In this document: positions 44,835 through 54,785 of the stretch, in pieces
Layout: each line of letters starts with the position of its first letter
Position numbering within the stretch: position 1 is the stretch's first letter
From: Gemmatimonadota bacterium
GTDB lineage: Bacteria > Gemmatimonadota > Gemmatimonadetes > Gemmatimonadales > GWC2-71-9
DNA: 64,000 nucleotides
NCBI GenBank assembly: GCA_022710485.1
Contig: JAKLGU010000001.1
Location: 468,315 to 532,314, forward strand
Direction: 5' to 3'
Position numbers and translations under genes: made by a program
Notes under the pieces: generated by a model
Told to the model about the DNA's origin: nothing
Database searches by the model: none
What the model saw: only the letters and a program-made list of their open reading frames with translations

Positions 44835-46496
44835 TCAATGAACCGCCCGCCCGAGCATCTCCTCGGCGTGGCGCCGCGCGGCCGCACCGTCGGGATCCCC
44901 CAGCATTCGCGCGATTTCCGTGACGCGGTCCTCGCCGAGGATCGTCTCCACGCTGCTGGTGGCCACGCCCCCCTCCACCCCCTTCGACACCACCAGGTGC
45001 CGGTCCGCCCGGACAGCAATCTGCGGCAGGTGCGTGGTGACCAGCACCTGATGCTCGGTGGCCACGTCGGCCAGCGCCTGGCCCACCTGCCCACCGACCT
45101 CCCCGCCGATTCCCTGGTCAATTTCGTCGAAGACGAAGGTCGGGATGCGGTCGTGCTTCGCGACCACCACCTCCAGCGCGAGCATCAGCCGGGAGAGCTC
45201 CCCACCTGACGCCACCTTCTGGATCGGCTGGGCGTCGAGCCCGACGTTGAGGCGCACGGTGAACGCGACACTTTCGGCGCCGTCGGGCCCCGCCTCGGCC
45301 AGCGGCGTGAGCGTCACCTCGAACTTGCCGCCGGTGAGCCCGAGCTTCGGAAGGAGCCTGCCGACGGCACGGCCGAGCCGCGCGGCCGCCTCGCTCCGCT
45401 TGCCAGTGAGCCGCGCCGCCGCCTCACGGGCCACCGTCTCGGCGACGCTCCGCTTCGCCGCGAGCGCCCGCAGGTCGGCGTCCGCGGTGTCGAGGAGGTC
45501 GAGTTCGGCGGCGGCGGCCCGGTGCGTCTCCAGCACCGCCGCAAGGGAACCGCCGTGCTTCTGCTGCAGGCGGAAGAGAAGGTCGCGGCGGCGCTCCACC
45601 GACTCCAGCCGTGCAGGATCGCGCTCGATGCCCTCGGCATAGGTGGAGGCAAGCTGCGCCACCTCCGACAGCTGCGCGTAGGCGCCGTCGAGCAGCTCCC
45701 GCCAGGCGCTCACATCGGTATCCACCCGCTCCAGCTGTCCCAGCGCCCGCTCGGCGGCGGCGAGCGCCCGCAACGCCCCGCCGTCCTCGCCGTCGAGCGC
45801 CTCCGACAGCACCCGTGCCTGCTCCTCGAGCGAACTGGCGTGGGCCAGCCGCTTCGCCTCGTGCGCCAGCGTCTCGTCCTCGCCAGGCGTGATCCGGGCG
45901 GCGGTGATTTCGTCGGCCACATGTTTCAAGTAGTCGGCGCGGCGCCGCACCTCGTCCAGCCGGCCTGCCAACCCCGCCTCCTGCGCACGAAGGTCGGCCA
46001 GCGCGGCATGCGCCGCTCCCACCGCCTCGCGCTCGGCACTGGCCTGCGCGTACGCGTCGAGGATGTCGCGCTGGGTGTCCGACTTGAGGAGGGAGACGGT
46101 CTCGTGCTGGCCGTGCAAGTCCACCAGGAGGGCGCCGAGGGCGGCGAGCACGCCGACGGTGGCGGGGCTCCCGTTGATCCACGCGCGGGAGCGCCCCTCG
46201 GTGCTCACCTCGCGCCGGATCACGATGCGCCCCTCGTCCACGTCCACGCCGAGCGCCTCGACCCGGCGGGAGAGCGTGCGCGAGAGCCCCTCGAACGCGC
46301 CCTCGACGACGGCGCGGCCCGCGCCCGGCCGCACCACGCCGCTGTCGCCGCGGCCGCCGAGCAGGAGCCCGAGCGCGTCCACGAGAATGGACTTGCCGGC
46401 GCCAGTCTCGCCGGTGAGGACGTTGAGACCTGGTCCGAGGGAGAGAGTCACATCCGCGATCGTCGCGACGTCGCGGACGCGGAGTTCGGCGAGCAT
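44835..46496 (-). CDS. recN: DNA repair protein RecN
   Basis: MLAELRVRDVATIADVTLSLGPGLNVLTGETGAGKSILVDALGLLLG...; 553 aa. The ATG overlaps the nadK stop by 1 nt. Confidence 0.95.
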   Translation of the reverse strand: MLAELRVRDVATIADVTLSLGPGLNVLTGETGAGKSILVDALGLLLGGRGDSGVVRPGAGRAVVEGAFEGLSRTLSRRVEALGVDVDEGRIVIRREVSTEGRSRAWINGSPATVGVLAALGALLVDLHGQHETVSLLKSDTQRDILDAYAQASAEREAVGAAHAALADLRAQEAGLAGRLDEVRRRADYLKHVADEITAARITPGEDETLAHEAKRLAHASSLEEQARVLSEALDGEDGGALRALAAAERALGQLERVDTDVSAWRELLDGAYAQLSEVAQLASTYAEGIERDPARLESVERRRDLLFRLQQKHGGSLAAVLETHRAAAAELDLLDTADADLRALAAKRSVAETVAREAAARLTGKRSEAAARLGRAVGRLLPKLGLTGGKFEVTLTPLAEAGPDGAESVAFTVRLNVGLDAQPIQKVASGGELSRLMLALEVVVAKHDRIPTFVFDEIDQGIGGEVGGQVGQALADVATEHQVLVTTHLPQIAVRADRHLVVSKGVEGGVATSSVETILGEDRVTEIARMLGDPDGAAARRHAEEMLGRAVH

Positions 46497-47362
46497 CAGA
46501 TCGGCGTACGGTCGGAGAGGTCGCCCCAGTGGAGCTTTTGGCGCATCCGCTGGAAGTACCCTTCCGGGCCGACCCGGACGAGGAGCACCGGCGCCTCGGC
46601 GACGCGGACCCGCACCCGCGCCCCCGGCGCGAGGTGGGTGACCACTTGGCCGTCGACGGAGACGATGATCTCCTCTTCTTCGGGGTCTGCCGGCTGGATG
46701 ACCACGTCCCACGAGGCGGGAAAGACGAGCGGCCGGACGGCGAGGGTGTGGGCGCAGATCGGCGTGATGACCAGCGCCTGGACCCCCGGCACCACGATCG
46801 GGCCGCCGGCGCTCAGGGAATACGCGGTCGAACCGGTCGGCGTGGCGACGATGATGCCGTCCGCGCTGTAGGGACCGACACTCTCGCCCTGCACCACAAC
46901 GTCGAGGCGGATGACGCGCGCCACGCCGCCCTTGTGCACCACCACGTCGTTGAGCGCCAGGTCCAGCGGCGTTACCTGCCCGTCGGCGTCGAGCACGAAG
47001 GACTTCAGCGCCTGCCGGGGCTCGGTGGTGTACCGGCCCGCCACCAGTGCGTCGAGCGCGGCAGGGAGCGCGTTGCGGGAGACGCTGGTGAGGAAGCCGA
47101 CCTTGCCGAGGTTAATGCCGAGGATGGGAATGCCGCGTCCCTCGAGCATGCGGGCGCCGCGGAGCAGCGTGCCGTCGCCGCCGAAGGTGAGCAGCACGTC
47201 GAGCGGCACGCCCTCGAGGTCCGGAGGCGCCTTGGGCCAGAGGTCCGCCAGCCGCTCCTCGGAGTAGAGCGAGATGCCCCGCTCCGGCGCGAGCGTGGCG
47301 AGCTGCTCGAGCAGCGCCCGCAGCTCCGGGTACCGATGGTTGCCGCAGACGCCAATCTTCAT
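46496..47362 (-). CDS. nadK: NAD kinase
   Basis: MKIGVCGNH...DVLLTFGGDGTLLRGARM...PILGINLGKVGFLT...; 288 aa. The ATG overlaps the dxs stop (ATGA). Confidence 0.9.
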   Translation of the reverse strand: MKIGVCGNHRYPELRALLEQLATLAPERGISLYSEERLADLWPKAPPDLEGVPLDVLLTFGGDGTLLRGARMLEGRGIPILGINLGKVGFLTSVSRNALPAALDALVAGRYTTEPRQALKSFVLDADGQVTPLDLALNDVVVHKGGVARVIRLDVVVQGESVGPYSADGIIVATPTGSTAYSLSAGGPIVVPGVQALVITPICAHTLAVRPLVFPASWDVVIQPADPEEEEIIVSVDGQVVTHLAPGARVRVRVAEAPVLLVRVGPEGYFQRMRQKLHWGDLSDRTPI

Positions 47363-49257
47363 CGCGTCTCGACCGACTCCTCGCCGTGCAGTGCAGCGAC
47401 CCGCCGGGCGATACCCTCGGCCGTCAGGCCGAAGGCGGCCAGCTGGTCGGCCCGCGGCGCCTGCTCGACCAGGCGGTCGGGCACGCCGAGCGCGATGACG
47501 CGCACGTCGGGGGCGATCGCCTGGACCGTCTCGGCCAGGTAGGCGCCGAAGCCGTTCACGACGGTCCCCTCCTCCACGGTCACCACGACCCGGTGGTCGC
47601 GCAGAAGTCCCTCGAGCATCGCACGGTCGAGCGGCTTCAGGAACCGGGCGTTGACCACCGTGCACTCGAGCCCCTCCGCCCGGAGGAGGTCCGCGGCGCC
47701 GAGGCTGGGCTGGACCATGGTGCCCACACCGAGGATGGCCACTTCCCTGCCCTGGCGCAGCATCTCCCAGGTGCCGTACGGGACCGGGGCGACGTCGGCC
47801 ACCGGACTCGGATCCACCGGCACCTTGTCGCGCGGATACCGGGTGCAGAACGGACCGCCCTCGTGGACCAGCGCAGTCTTGAGCAGGCCGACCAGTTCGT
47901 CGCCGTCCTTCGGGGCGGTGACCGTCATCCCCGGCACCGCCAGCATGTAGGCGATGTCGTAGAGACCCATGTGGGTCTGGCCGTCCTCGCCGACCAGCCC
48001 CGCGCGGTCCATGCAGAACACCACCGGAAGGTGCTGCACCGCGATGTCGTGGATGATGTTGTCGTACGCGCGCTGCAGGAACGTGCTGTAGATGGCGACC
48101 ACGGGGCGGATCCCCTGGGTGGCGAGCCCCCCCGCAAAGGTCACCGCGTGCCCTTCGGCGATCCCGACGTCGAAGAACCGCGTGGGCCACGCCTTCTGGA
48201 AGATGTTCGTCCCGGTGCCGCTCGGCATCGCGGCCGTCACGGCCACGAAGTCGGGGAACTCGTGCCCCAGCGCCACGAGGCTGTCGCCGAACACCTGGGT
48301 CCAGGTGGGCGGCCCGCTCGACTTCTTTCGCGCCTCGCCGGTGACCGGGTCGTAGGCGGCGAGCCCGTGCCACTTTTCCCGGTTCTCCTCCGCGTAGGCG
48401 AAGCCCTTTCCCTTCTCGGTCAGCACGTGGATGACCCGGGGCCCTTTGAGTTCGCGCACGAAGCGCAGGGTTTCCGTCAGCTTCTTGAGGTCGTGCCCGT
48501 CGATCGGGCCGAAATAGCGGAAGCCCATCTCCTCGAAGAACATCCCGTCGGAGAAGAGGTTCTTGGCGCTCTCCTCGAGGTTCTTGGCGAACTCCACCAC
48601 CCGCTCCCCGAAGACGTGGGAGAGCGCCACCGTCAAATGCTTGACCCGCTCCCGCACCTTGTTGGTCATCGGGTTGGCGACGATCCCGCCCAAGGTGCGG
48701 CTGATGGCGCCGACGTTTGGCGAGATGCTCATCCCGTTGTCGTTGACGATCAGGATGATGTCGGTGTCGGAGTGCCCGGCGTTGTTCATCCCCTCGTACG
48801 AGAGGCCGCAGGTCAGCGCCCCGTCGCCCACGATGGCCACGACCTTGTTGTCCCCGCCCCGGAGGTCCCGGGCGATGGCCATGCCGAGCGCCGCGGACAT
48901 CGCGGTGCCGGCGTGGCCGGCGCCGAACTGGTCGTGCGCGCTCTCGGAGCGCTTGAGGAAGCCGGAGAGCCCCCCCGTCTGGCGAAGGCTCGGGAACTCG
49001 GCGTTGCGGCCGGTCAGCAGCTTCCAGGCGTAGGCCTGGTGGCCGACGTCCCACAGGATCTTGTCGGTCGGGGAGTCGAACTCGTACAGCAGGGCGATGG
49101 CCAGCTCGACCACGCCGAGGCTGGCGCCGATGTGCCCGCCGGTGACCGACACGCAGTCGATCAGCCGGTCGCGGACCTCCTGGGCCAGCTCCGGGAGCTG
49201 TTCCCGCGGGATGCGCTTGAGGTCGTCCGGGCCGTTGAGGGTGTCGAGCAGTGCCAT
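47359..49257 (-). CDS. dxs: 1-deoxy-D-xylulose-5-phosphate synthase
   Basis: 632 aa, ...GGHIGASLGVVELAIALLYEF...WDVGHQAYAWKLLTGR.... Confidence 0.95.
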   Translation of the reverse strand: MALLDTLNGPDDLKRIPREQLPELAQEVRDRLIDCVSVTGGHIGASLGVVELAIALLYEFDSPTDKILWDVGHQAYAWKLLTGRNAEFPSLRQTGGLSGFLKRSESAHDQFGAGHAGTAMSAALGMAIARDLRGGDNKVVAIVGDGALTCGLSYEGMNNAGHSDTDIILIVNDNGMSISPNVGAISRTLGGIVANPMTNKVRERVKHLTVALSHVFGERVVEFAKNLEESAKNLFSDGMFFEEMGFRYFGPIDGHDLKKLTETLRFVRELKGPRVIHVLTEKGKGFAYAEENREKWHGLAAYDPVTGEARKKSSGPPTWTQVFGDSLVALGHEFPDFVAVTAAMPSGTGTNIFQKAWPTRFFDVGIAEGHAVTFAGGLATQGIRPVVAIYSTFLQRAYDNIIHDIAVQHLPVVFCMDRAGLVGEDGQTHMGLYDIAYMLAVPGMTVTAPKDGDELVGLLKTALVHEGGPFCTRYPRDKVPVDPSPVADVAPVPYGTWEMLRQGREVAILGVGTMVQPSLGAADLLRAEGLECTVVNARFLKPLDRAMLEGLLRDHRVVVTVEEGTVVNGFGAYLAETVQAIAPDVRVIALGVPDRLVEQAPRADQLAAFGLTAEGIARRVAALHGEESVETR

Positions 49258-49273
49258 GAGATGCGGTCCTGGG

Positions 49274-50152
49274 TCAGTGGCGTCGAGTCACAATATAGCG
49301 CGCGAGCGCGGCGAGCGTGCCCGATGGTACCCCGGAACGCTCCAGGGAGTTCACGGCGGCGTCCGCGTGCCGGACGGCGGCGGCCCGGGCCCCCTCCACG
49401 CCCAGCAACTGGACATAGGTGGACTTGGCCACCGCGGCGTCCTTCCCCGCCGTCTTGCCGAGCTCCTCGCTGGTACCCGTGGCGTCCAGCACGTCGTCCG
49501 CCACCTGGAACGCGAGGCCGACTTCCTGGCCGAACACCCGCATGGCGTCGCGCTGCGGGGCCGGTGCCCGCGCGGCGAGCGCTCCGAGCACGCAGGACGC
49601 CTCGATCAGGGCGCCCGTCTTGCCCCGGTGGACGGCGCGGAGCTCCTCGAGTTCGAGCGTACGCCCTTCGGCCTCGAGGTCGAGCCACTGCCCCCCGACC
49701 ATCCCCACAATCCCGCCCGCCGTGAAGAGCTCCGCCGCGAGGGTCCCGGTCTCCGTGTCCGAGAGGCCGAGGGAACGGCTCGCCTCGACAAGCACCCGGG
49801 CGGCGATCGGGACGAGGAGGAAGCCGACCCGCGTGGCGGTGGGAACGTCGAACTGGCGGTGGGTGGTCGGCCGGCCCCGCCGGAGGTCGTCGTCGTCCAT
49901 GCAGGGGAGGTCGTCGTGGACCAGCGAGTAGGTGTGCACCGTCTCCACCGCCGCGGCGATGCCGGCGATGGCGAGCGAGCGCCCGCCGCAGGCGCGGTAG
50001 GCGGCGATGACCAGCGCCGGACGGACCCGCTTCCCGGGACTCCGCAGGGCGTAGGCCATCGCCTCGCCCTGGCGGCCCGGGAATTCACGTTCCAGCCGCG
50101 CGGCCCACGCCTCGAGGATCGCGTCGGTCCGCTCGCGCGACTCCTGGAGCAT
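49274..50152 (-). CDS. ispA: polyprenyl (farnesyl/geranylgeranyl) diphosphate synthase
   Basis: First and second Asp-rich motifs (LVHDDLPCMDDDDLRRG; FQVADDVLD). I prefer the ATG at 50152. The TTG at 50188 would overlap xseB. Confidence 0.85.
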   Translation of the reverse strand: MLQESRERTDAILEAWAARLEREFPGRQGEAMAYALRSPGKRVRPALVIAAYRACGGRSLAIAGIAAAVETVHTYSLVHDDLPCMDDDDLRRGRPTTHRQFDVPTATRVGFLLVPIAARVLVEASRSLGLSDTETGTLAAELFTAGGIVGMVGGQWLDLEAEGRTLELEELRAVHRGKTGALIEASCVLGALAARAPAPQRDAMRVFGQEVGLAFQVADDVLDATGTSEELGKTAGKDAAVAKSTYVQLLGVEGARAAAVRHADAAVNSLERSGVPSGTLAALARYIVTRRH

Positions 50153-50168
50153 CGGCTCCGCGCCGGCG

Positions 50169-50411
50169 TCAGCCGTCGAGATCGACAAGCCCCACGCTTC
50201 CGTCAGCCTGCTCGACGACTTTCTTCACCCTCGCCTCGGCCTCCGCCAGCCGTTCCCGCGCCGCACGGAGCCGCACGACCCCCTCCTCGAACAGCGCAAG
50301 GGCGGCGTCAAGATCGGCGTCGTCGGCCTCGAGCCGGCGCACGATCTCTTCCAGGCGGCGGAGGTCGTCCTGCAGGGTCGGTGTGTCGGTCGGCTGCTTG
50401 GCCATGGTCAC
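50169..50411 (-). CDS. xseB: exodeoxyribonuclease VII small subunit
   Basis: 80 aa, ...LRRLEEIVRRLEADDADLDAALALFEEGVVRLRAARERL.... The start is either a GTG at 50411 or the ATG at 50405. Confidence 0.85.
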   Translation of the reverse strand: MTMAKQPTDTPTLQDDLRRLEEIVRRLEADDADLDAALALFEEGVVRLRAARERLAEAEARVKKVVEQADGSVGLVDLDG

Positions 50412-51575
50412 CTACTCCGTGCGTGCCGGCACCGTTCCATCACTCACCCTGAGCTGGAATCGCCGGCCAGTGGGAAAGTCCGCTGCGTGGAAGAGCACCC
50501 GCCCTTGCTCGTCCTGCGCCACGCTGTACCCGCGTGCAAGCACGCGCAGGGGGCTGAGCGCGTCCAGCTGGGCCGCCAGCCGCTCCACCTGGTTGCGCCG
50601 CGCCTCGACCAGCCGTCCGAGTGCGGACTGGAGGCGGTCGCCGGAGCGCGCGAGCCGTTCCTCCGCCACCCGGGTCCGGCGGCGGAGCCCCGCCGCGAGA
50701 CGGACGCCGAACCCGTCCACCCGGTGCAGCAGCGCCGCCCGGTCGGGCACCGCCATCTCGGCGGCGGCGGAAGGGGTCGGCGCGCGGAGATCGGCCACGA
50801 GGTCAGAGAGCGACACGTCGGTTTCATGGCCGACCGCGGAGATCGTCGGGACCCGGACCGCGGCCAGCGCCCGGCAAACCGGCTCCGCGTTGAACGCCGC
50901 CAGGTCCTCCTTGGCCCCGCCCCCGCGGCCGATGATGCAGGCGTCCACGCCCTCGATCCGGTTGACGAGCTCGAGCGCGCGGACCAGCGACGCCACCGCT
51001 CCCTCCCCCTGCACCTGGGCGCCGACCAGCACCAGTTCCACCGCGCGCCAGCGCGTCCGGGTGACGATGATGATGTCGCGGAGAGCGGCGCCGTCGGGGC
51101 TGGTGACCACGGCGATGCGGCGAGCGAACGGGGGGAGGGGGCGCTTCCGTTCGGGGTCGAGGAGCCCGTCGGCCTTGAGCGCCGCGCGGACCCGCTCGAG
51201 TTCGAGCGCCTTGGAGCCGAGGAGCGCGGTGGGGATGATGTCGGTGGCGGTGAGGCGGTACTCGCCCTTTTCCTCCCAGAGGGTCGGCCGGCCGCGCACC
51301 AGCACCTCCATGCCGTCCGTCGGCGCCTGGCCGCTGCGCTTGAGGACCCCGGCGGCCTGCTGCTTCCAGAGCATGCAGCGGACGGAGGCGTCGGCGTCCC
51401 GCAGGGTGAAGTACCAGTGCCCGCTGCGCCAGATCTTGAACTCGACCAGCTCGCCGCGCACGAACACCGAGTTCCCGAAGGCACCCTCGACCGCGCTCTT
51501 CGCCTGGCGATTCAGCTCGGCGACCGTCAGCTCCTCGGGGAGCTCTCCGTCGCCGAAGAGCGAGGGGAGGCTCAC
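50412..51575 (-). CDS. xseA: exodeoxyribonuclease VII large subunit
   Basis: 387 aa, ...VFVRGELVEFKIWRSGHWYFTLRDADASVRCMLWK.... Confidence 0.9.
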   Translation of the reverse strand: MSLPSLFGDGELPEELTVAELNRQAKSAVEGAFGNSVFVRGELVEFKIWRSGHWYFTLRDADASVRCMLWKQQAAGVLKRSGQAPTDGMEVLVRGRPTLWEEKGEYRLTATDIIPTALLGSKALELERVRAALKADGLLDPERKRPLPPFARRIAVVTSPDGAALRDIIIVTRTRWRAVELVLVGAQVQGEGAVASLVRALELVNRIEGVDACIIGRGGGAKEDLAAFNAEPVCRALAAVRVPTISAVGHETDVSLSDLVADLRAPTPSAAAEMAVPDRAALLHRVDGFGVRLAAGLRRRTRVAEERLARSGDRLQSALGRLVEARRNQVERLAAQLDALSPLRVLARGYSVAQDEQGRVLFHAADFPTGRRFQLRVSDGTVPARTE

Positions 51576-51585
51576 GCCGGCGGCC

Positions 51586-52473
51586 TCACCCGGCCCGCGT
51601 CAGTTCGGCGGCCTGCAGGGTGTTCTTGAGCAGCATCGCGATGGTCATTGGGCCCACGCCTCCCGGCACCGGCGTGATGGCCGAGGCGATCGCGGCCACC
51701 GGCTCGAATGCAACGTCGCCGCACAACCGGTACCCCTTCTCCTTCGTCGGGTCATCCACCCGGTTGATCCCGACGTCTATGACCACCGCCCCCGGGCGCA
51801 CCATGTCGGCGGTCACGAACTCCGCCTTGCCGATGGCGGCAATGAGGATGTCGGCCTGCCGAGCGATGGCCGGCAGGTCGCGGGTGCGCGAGTGGCACAC
51901 GGTGACGGTTGCGTCGCCGCCGGGTCCCTGCTGGATGAGGAGGTTGGCCATCGGCTTGCCGACGATGTTGGACCGGCCGATGATCACGGCGTGGGCGCCC
52001 TTGGTCTCGACCCCCGAGCGGATCAGCATCTGCTGCACGCCGTACGGCGTGGCGGGACGAAACGCGGTGGGGTCGCCGGTGACGAGCTTGCCGACGTTCT
52101 CCGGATGGAAACCGTCCACGTCCTTCCGCGGATCGATCCGCCGGAGCACCTGTTCGCTGTTCATCGCCTTGGGAAGCGGGAGCTGGACCAGCATGCCGTG
52201 GATGGCGGGGTCGGCGTTGAGCTTGTCGATGGTGGCGAGCAGCTCGGCCTGCGTGGTCGTGGCGGGAAGGCGGATCGTGACGGAGTGCATCCCCGCCTCC
52301 TCGCACGCCTTGCCCTTGCTCCGGACGTACACCTGGCTGGCCGGGTCCTCGCCGACGAGCACGACAGCCAGCCCCGGTTTGATGCCGACCTGGGCAAGAC
52401 GCGCGACGTCCTGGGCGACTTCCTGACGGATGGCGCGTCCCATGGCGACGCCATCGAGGAGACGGGCGGTCAT
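51586..52473 (-). CDS. folD: bifunctional methylenetetrahydrofolate dehydrogenase/cyclohydrolase
   Basis: [19 protein letters not shown]...[20 protein letters not shown]...[17 protein letters not shown]...; 295 aa. The ATG overlaps the rny stop (ATGA). Confidence 0.95.
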   Translation of the reverse strand: MTARLLDGVAMGRAIRQEVAQDVARLAQVGIKPGLAVVLVGEDPASQVYVRSKGKACEEAGMHSVTIRLPATTTQAELLATIDKLNADPAIHGMLVQLPLPKAMNSEQVLRRIDPRKDVDGFHPENVGKLVTGDPTAFRPATPYGVQQMLIRSGVETKGAHAVIIGRSNIVGKPMANLLIQQGPGGDATVTVCHSRTRDLPAIARQADILIAAIGKAEFVTADMVRPGAVVIDVGINRVDDPTKEKGYRLCGDVAFEPVAAIASAITPVPGGVGPMTIAMLLKNTLQAAELTRAG

Positions 52474-54116
52474 CGGGCCACCTCCACCGACCTGGTTTCC
52501 CGGATGACGACCACGCGGATCTGGCCCGGGTACTGGAGTTCGTTCTCGATCTTCCGTGCGATCTGCTCCGACAGCTCGGCCGCCTGCGCGTCGTTCACCT
52601 GGTCGGGGGTGACGATCACGCGGATTTCCCGGCCGGCCTGGATGACCGCGGTCTTTTCCACGCCACGGAAGGCGTTCGCGATCTCCTCCAGCTTCGTCAG
52701 GCGCTTGACGTAACTCTCGAACGCCTCGCGTCGCGCCCCGGGGCGGGAGCCGCTGATGCCGTCGGCCGCCTGCACCAGCACCGACTCCGTGGACTCGTGC
52801 GGTACGTCGTCGTGGTGCGCGTGGATACAGTTGATGACGGCGGCGCTCTCCCCGTACCGGCGCGCGACCTCGACGCCGAGCTCGACGTGGGTGCCTTCGC
52901 TGTCGTGGGTGAGCACCTTGCCGATGTCGTGCAGGAAGGCGCCCCGCTTGGCCAGCTTCACGTCCACGCCGAGTTCGGCGGCCATGATCCCCGCCAGCCA
53001 GGCCACCTCCTTGGAGTGCTCCAGGATGTTCTGGCCGTAGCTGGTCCGGTACCGCATCCGGCCCACGAGCTTGATGAGCTCCGGGTGGAGTCCGCTGATG
53101 CCGGTGTCGAAGGCGGCCCGCTCGCCCAGCTCCACGAGCTGGGTGTCGAGCTCCGCGCGGACCTTCACGACCACGTCCTCGATGCGGCCGGGCTGGATGC
53201 GCCCGTCGGCGATCAGCGCCTCGAGCGCCCGGCGCCCTACTTCGCGCCGGATCGGGTCGAAGCAGGAAATGACCACGGTGTCCGGCGTGTCGTCGATGAT
53301 CACGTCCACGCCGGTCGCCAGCTCGAAGGCGCGGATGTTCCGGCCCTCGCGCCCGATGATGCGACCCTTCATTTCGTCCGACGGCAGCGTGACCGCCGCC
53401 ACGGTGGTGGCCGCGGTCTGCTCGGGCGCGATCCGCTGGATGGCGATGGACACGATCCGCTGCGCCTCCCGCTCCGCCCCCTTCTTCGCCTGCTCCTTGA
53501 TGTCTCGCGCCAGCGCCGCAGCTTCGCTGCGGGCGGCTTCCTCGGCCCGCTGCAGCAGCTCCCGCCTCGCCTCCTCCGCGGTCAGCCCCGCGATCTGCTC
53601 CAGGCGCCTCGCCTGCTCCGCCTTCAGGGCGTCGATCTCCTTCTCGCGCGCGGCCAGCGCCTGCTCCCGCGCGGTGATCGAGGCATCCCGGGTCTGGATG
53701 GCGCCCTCGAGGGCCGTGAGCTGCTCCTGCCGGCGGTCGTAGGCGCGCTCCCGCTCCTCCGCCCGGCGGTCCTGGCGGGCCCACTCCTCGCGGCGGCTCT
53801 GGGTTTCCTTGTCGAGTTCCTCGCGGAGCGCCAGCGTCTCCATCTTGCCGGCGAGGATCGCGTCGGTCCGGGCGCTGTCAGCGGCGCGGCGGGCGTCGGC
53901 GGTGAGCCGGTCCGAGTCGGCCTGGGCCGAGCGCAGGAGCTGATCCGCGTCCGCCTTCGAGGTGCGTGCCAGCGTGGCGGCCTCGGCGCGGGCGGCCGCG
54001 ACGACGTCCCGTCCGGTGGCGCGGCGGCGGAGTTGGACGAACAGCACGATGAGAAGGGCGACCGCAAGGCCGGCGAGCGCTCCCCCGGCGAGAGGAAGCC
54101 ATGGCAGGTCGGACAT
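52470..54116 (-). CDS. rny: ribonuclease Y
   Basis: N-terminal TM segment ([19 protein letters not shown]), coiled coil, KH domain ([15 protein letters not shown]) and HD domain (FLHDIGK). I chose the ATG at 54116. 548 aa. Confidence 0.9.
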   Translation of the reverse strand: MSDLPWLPLAGGALAGLAVALLIVLFVQLRRRATGRDVVAAARAEAATLARTSKADADQLLRSAQADSDRLTADARRAADSARTDAILAGKMETLALREELDKETQSRREEWARQDRRAEERERAYDRRQEQLTALEGAIQTRDASITAREQALAAREKEIDALKAEQARRLEQIAGLTAEEARRELLQRAEEAARSEAAALARDIKEQAKKGAEREAQRIVSIAIQRIAPEQTAATTVAAVTLPSDEMKGRIIGREGRNIRAFELATGVDVIIDDTPDTVVISCFDPIRREVGRRALEALIADGRIQPGRIEDVVVKVRAELDTQLVELGERAAFDTGISGLHPELIKLVGRMRYRTSYGQNILEHSKEVAWLAGIMAAELGVDVKLAKRGAFLHDIGKVLTHDSEGTHVELGVEVARRYGESAAVINCIHAHHDDVPHESTESVLVQAADGISGSRPGARREAFESYVKRLTKLEEIANAFRGVEKTAVIQAGREIRVIVTPDQVNDAQAAELSEQIARKIENELQYPGQIRVVVIRETRSVEVAR

Positions 54117-54156
54117 GGTATCTCCAGCGCGGCGGCGGGACCGCCACGCGTTGGTT

Positions 54157-54483
54157 TCAGTCGGCCGGGGCCGGAACCCCGGCGGCGCGCCCGCCGCGCT
54201 TGTTCGGCGGCAGGAGGCGAGCCACATCGTCCAGCAGGGCGGTCAGGCGTGCGGCACCGTCGCGATCACCGCGGCGGGCCTGGAACAGCTCATCCGTGAT
54301 CTGCAGGGCGGCCAGGATGGCCGCCTTGTGGGTCTCGACGCTCGGGATCGTGGACTTCACGTGGCGGAGCGCCGCGTCGAGGTAGGCGGCCACTTCCCGC
54401 GTGTATTCAGGTGGCAGCTCCGAGCGGACCGTGAAGCTCTCGCCGGCGATGAACACCTGGACCGCGTTCTTGGCGGTGCTCAC
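54157..54483 (-). CDS. zapA: cell division protein ZapA
   Basis: 108 aa, VQVFIAGESFTVRSELPPEYTREVAAYLD.... Size and pattern are typical of ZapA. Confidence 0.7.
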   Translation of the reverse strand: MSTAKNAVQVFIAGESFTVRSELPPEYTREVAAYLDAALRHVKSTIPSVETHKAAILAALQITDELFQARRGDRDGAARLTALLDDVARLLPPNKRGGRAAGVPAPAD

Positions 54484-54785
54484 GCGGCCCCCTCCTCGGA
54501 TTCGAGGAAGGCCAGCCGCGACGACAGCGCCTGCAGCCGCTCGCGCGCCGACTCGATGCGCTGGCGGAGCGCCTGGTTCTCGACCTCCAGCTCGATGACG
54601 CGCTGGCGCGACTGCAGCAACTCCGGCCCCGCCAGCACGCCACCGCGCGTGCGGGCGTCCTGGAGCTCGGCCTCCGCCTTCAGCGTCCGACGGCGCCAGC
54701 CCGCCACCTCGTCGCCGAGATGCTTGAGCAACTGCTCCAGCTCGGCGAGCGCGGCAAGGTCAGGACGCGCGTAGTTCGATGCCAT
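54480..54785 (-). CDS. coiled-coil protein (ZapB/DUF904-like), coupled to zapA
   Basis: Heptad-rich sequence, ...LLQSRQRVIELEVENQALRQRIESARERLQALSSRLAFLE. I chose the ATG at 54785, which overlaps the pheT 3' end by 26 nt. The stop overlaps the zapA start. Confidence 0.5.
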   Translation of the reverse strand: MASNYARPDLAALAELEQLLKHLGDEVAGWRRRTLKAEAELQDARTRGGVLAGPELLQSRQRVIELEVENQALRQRIESARERLQALSSRLAFLESEEGAA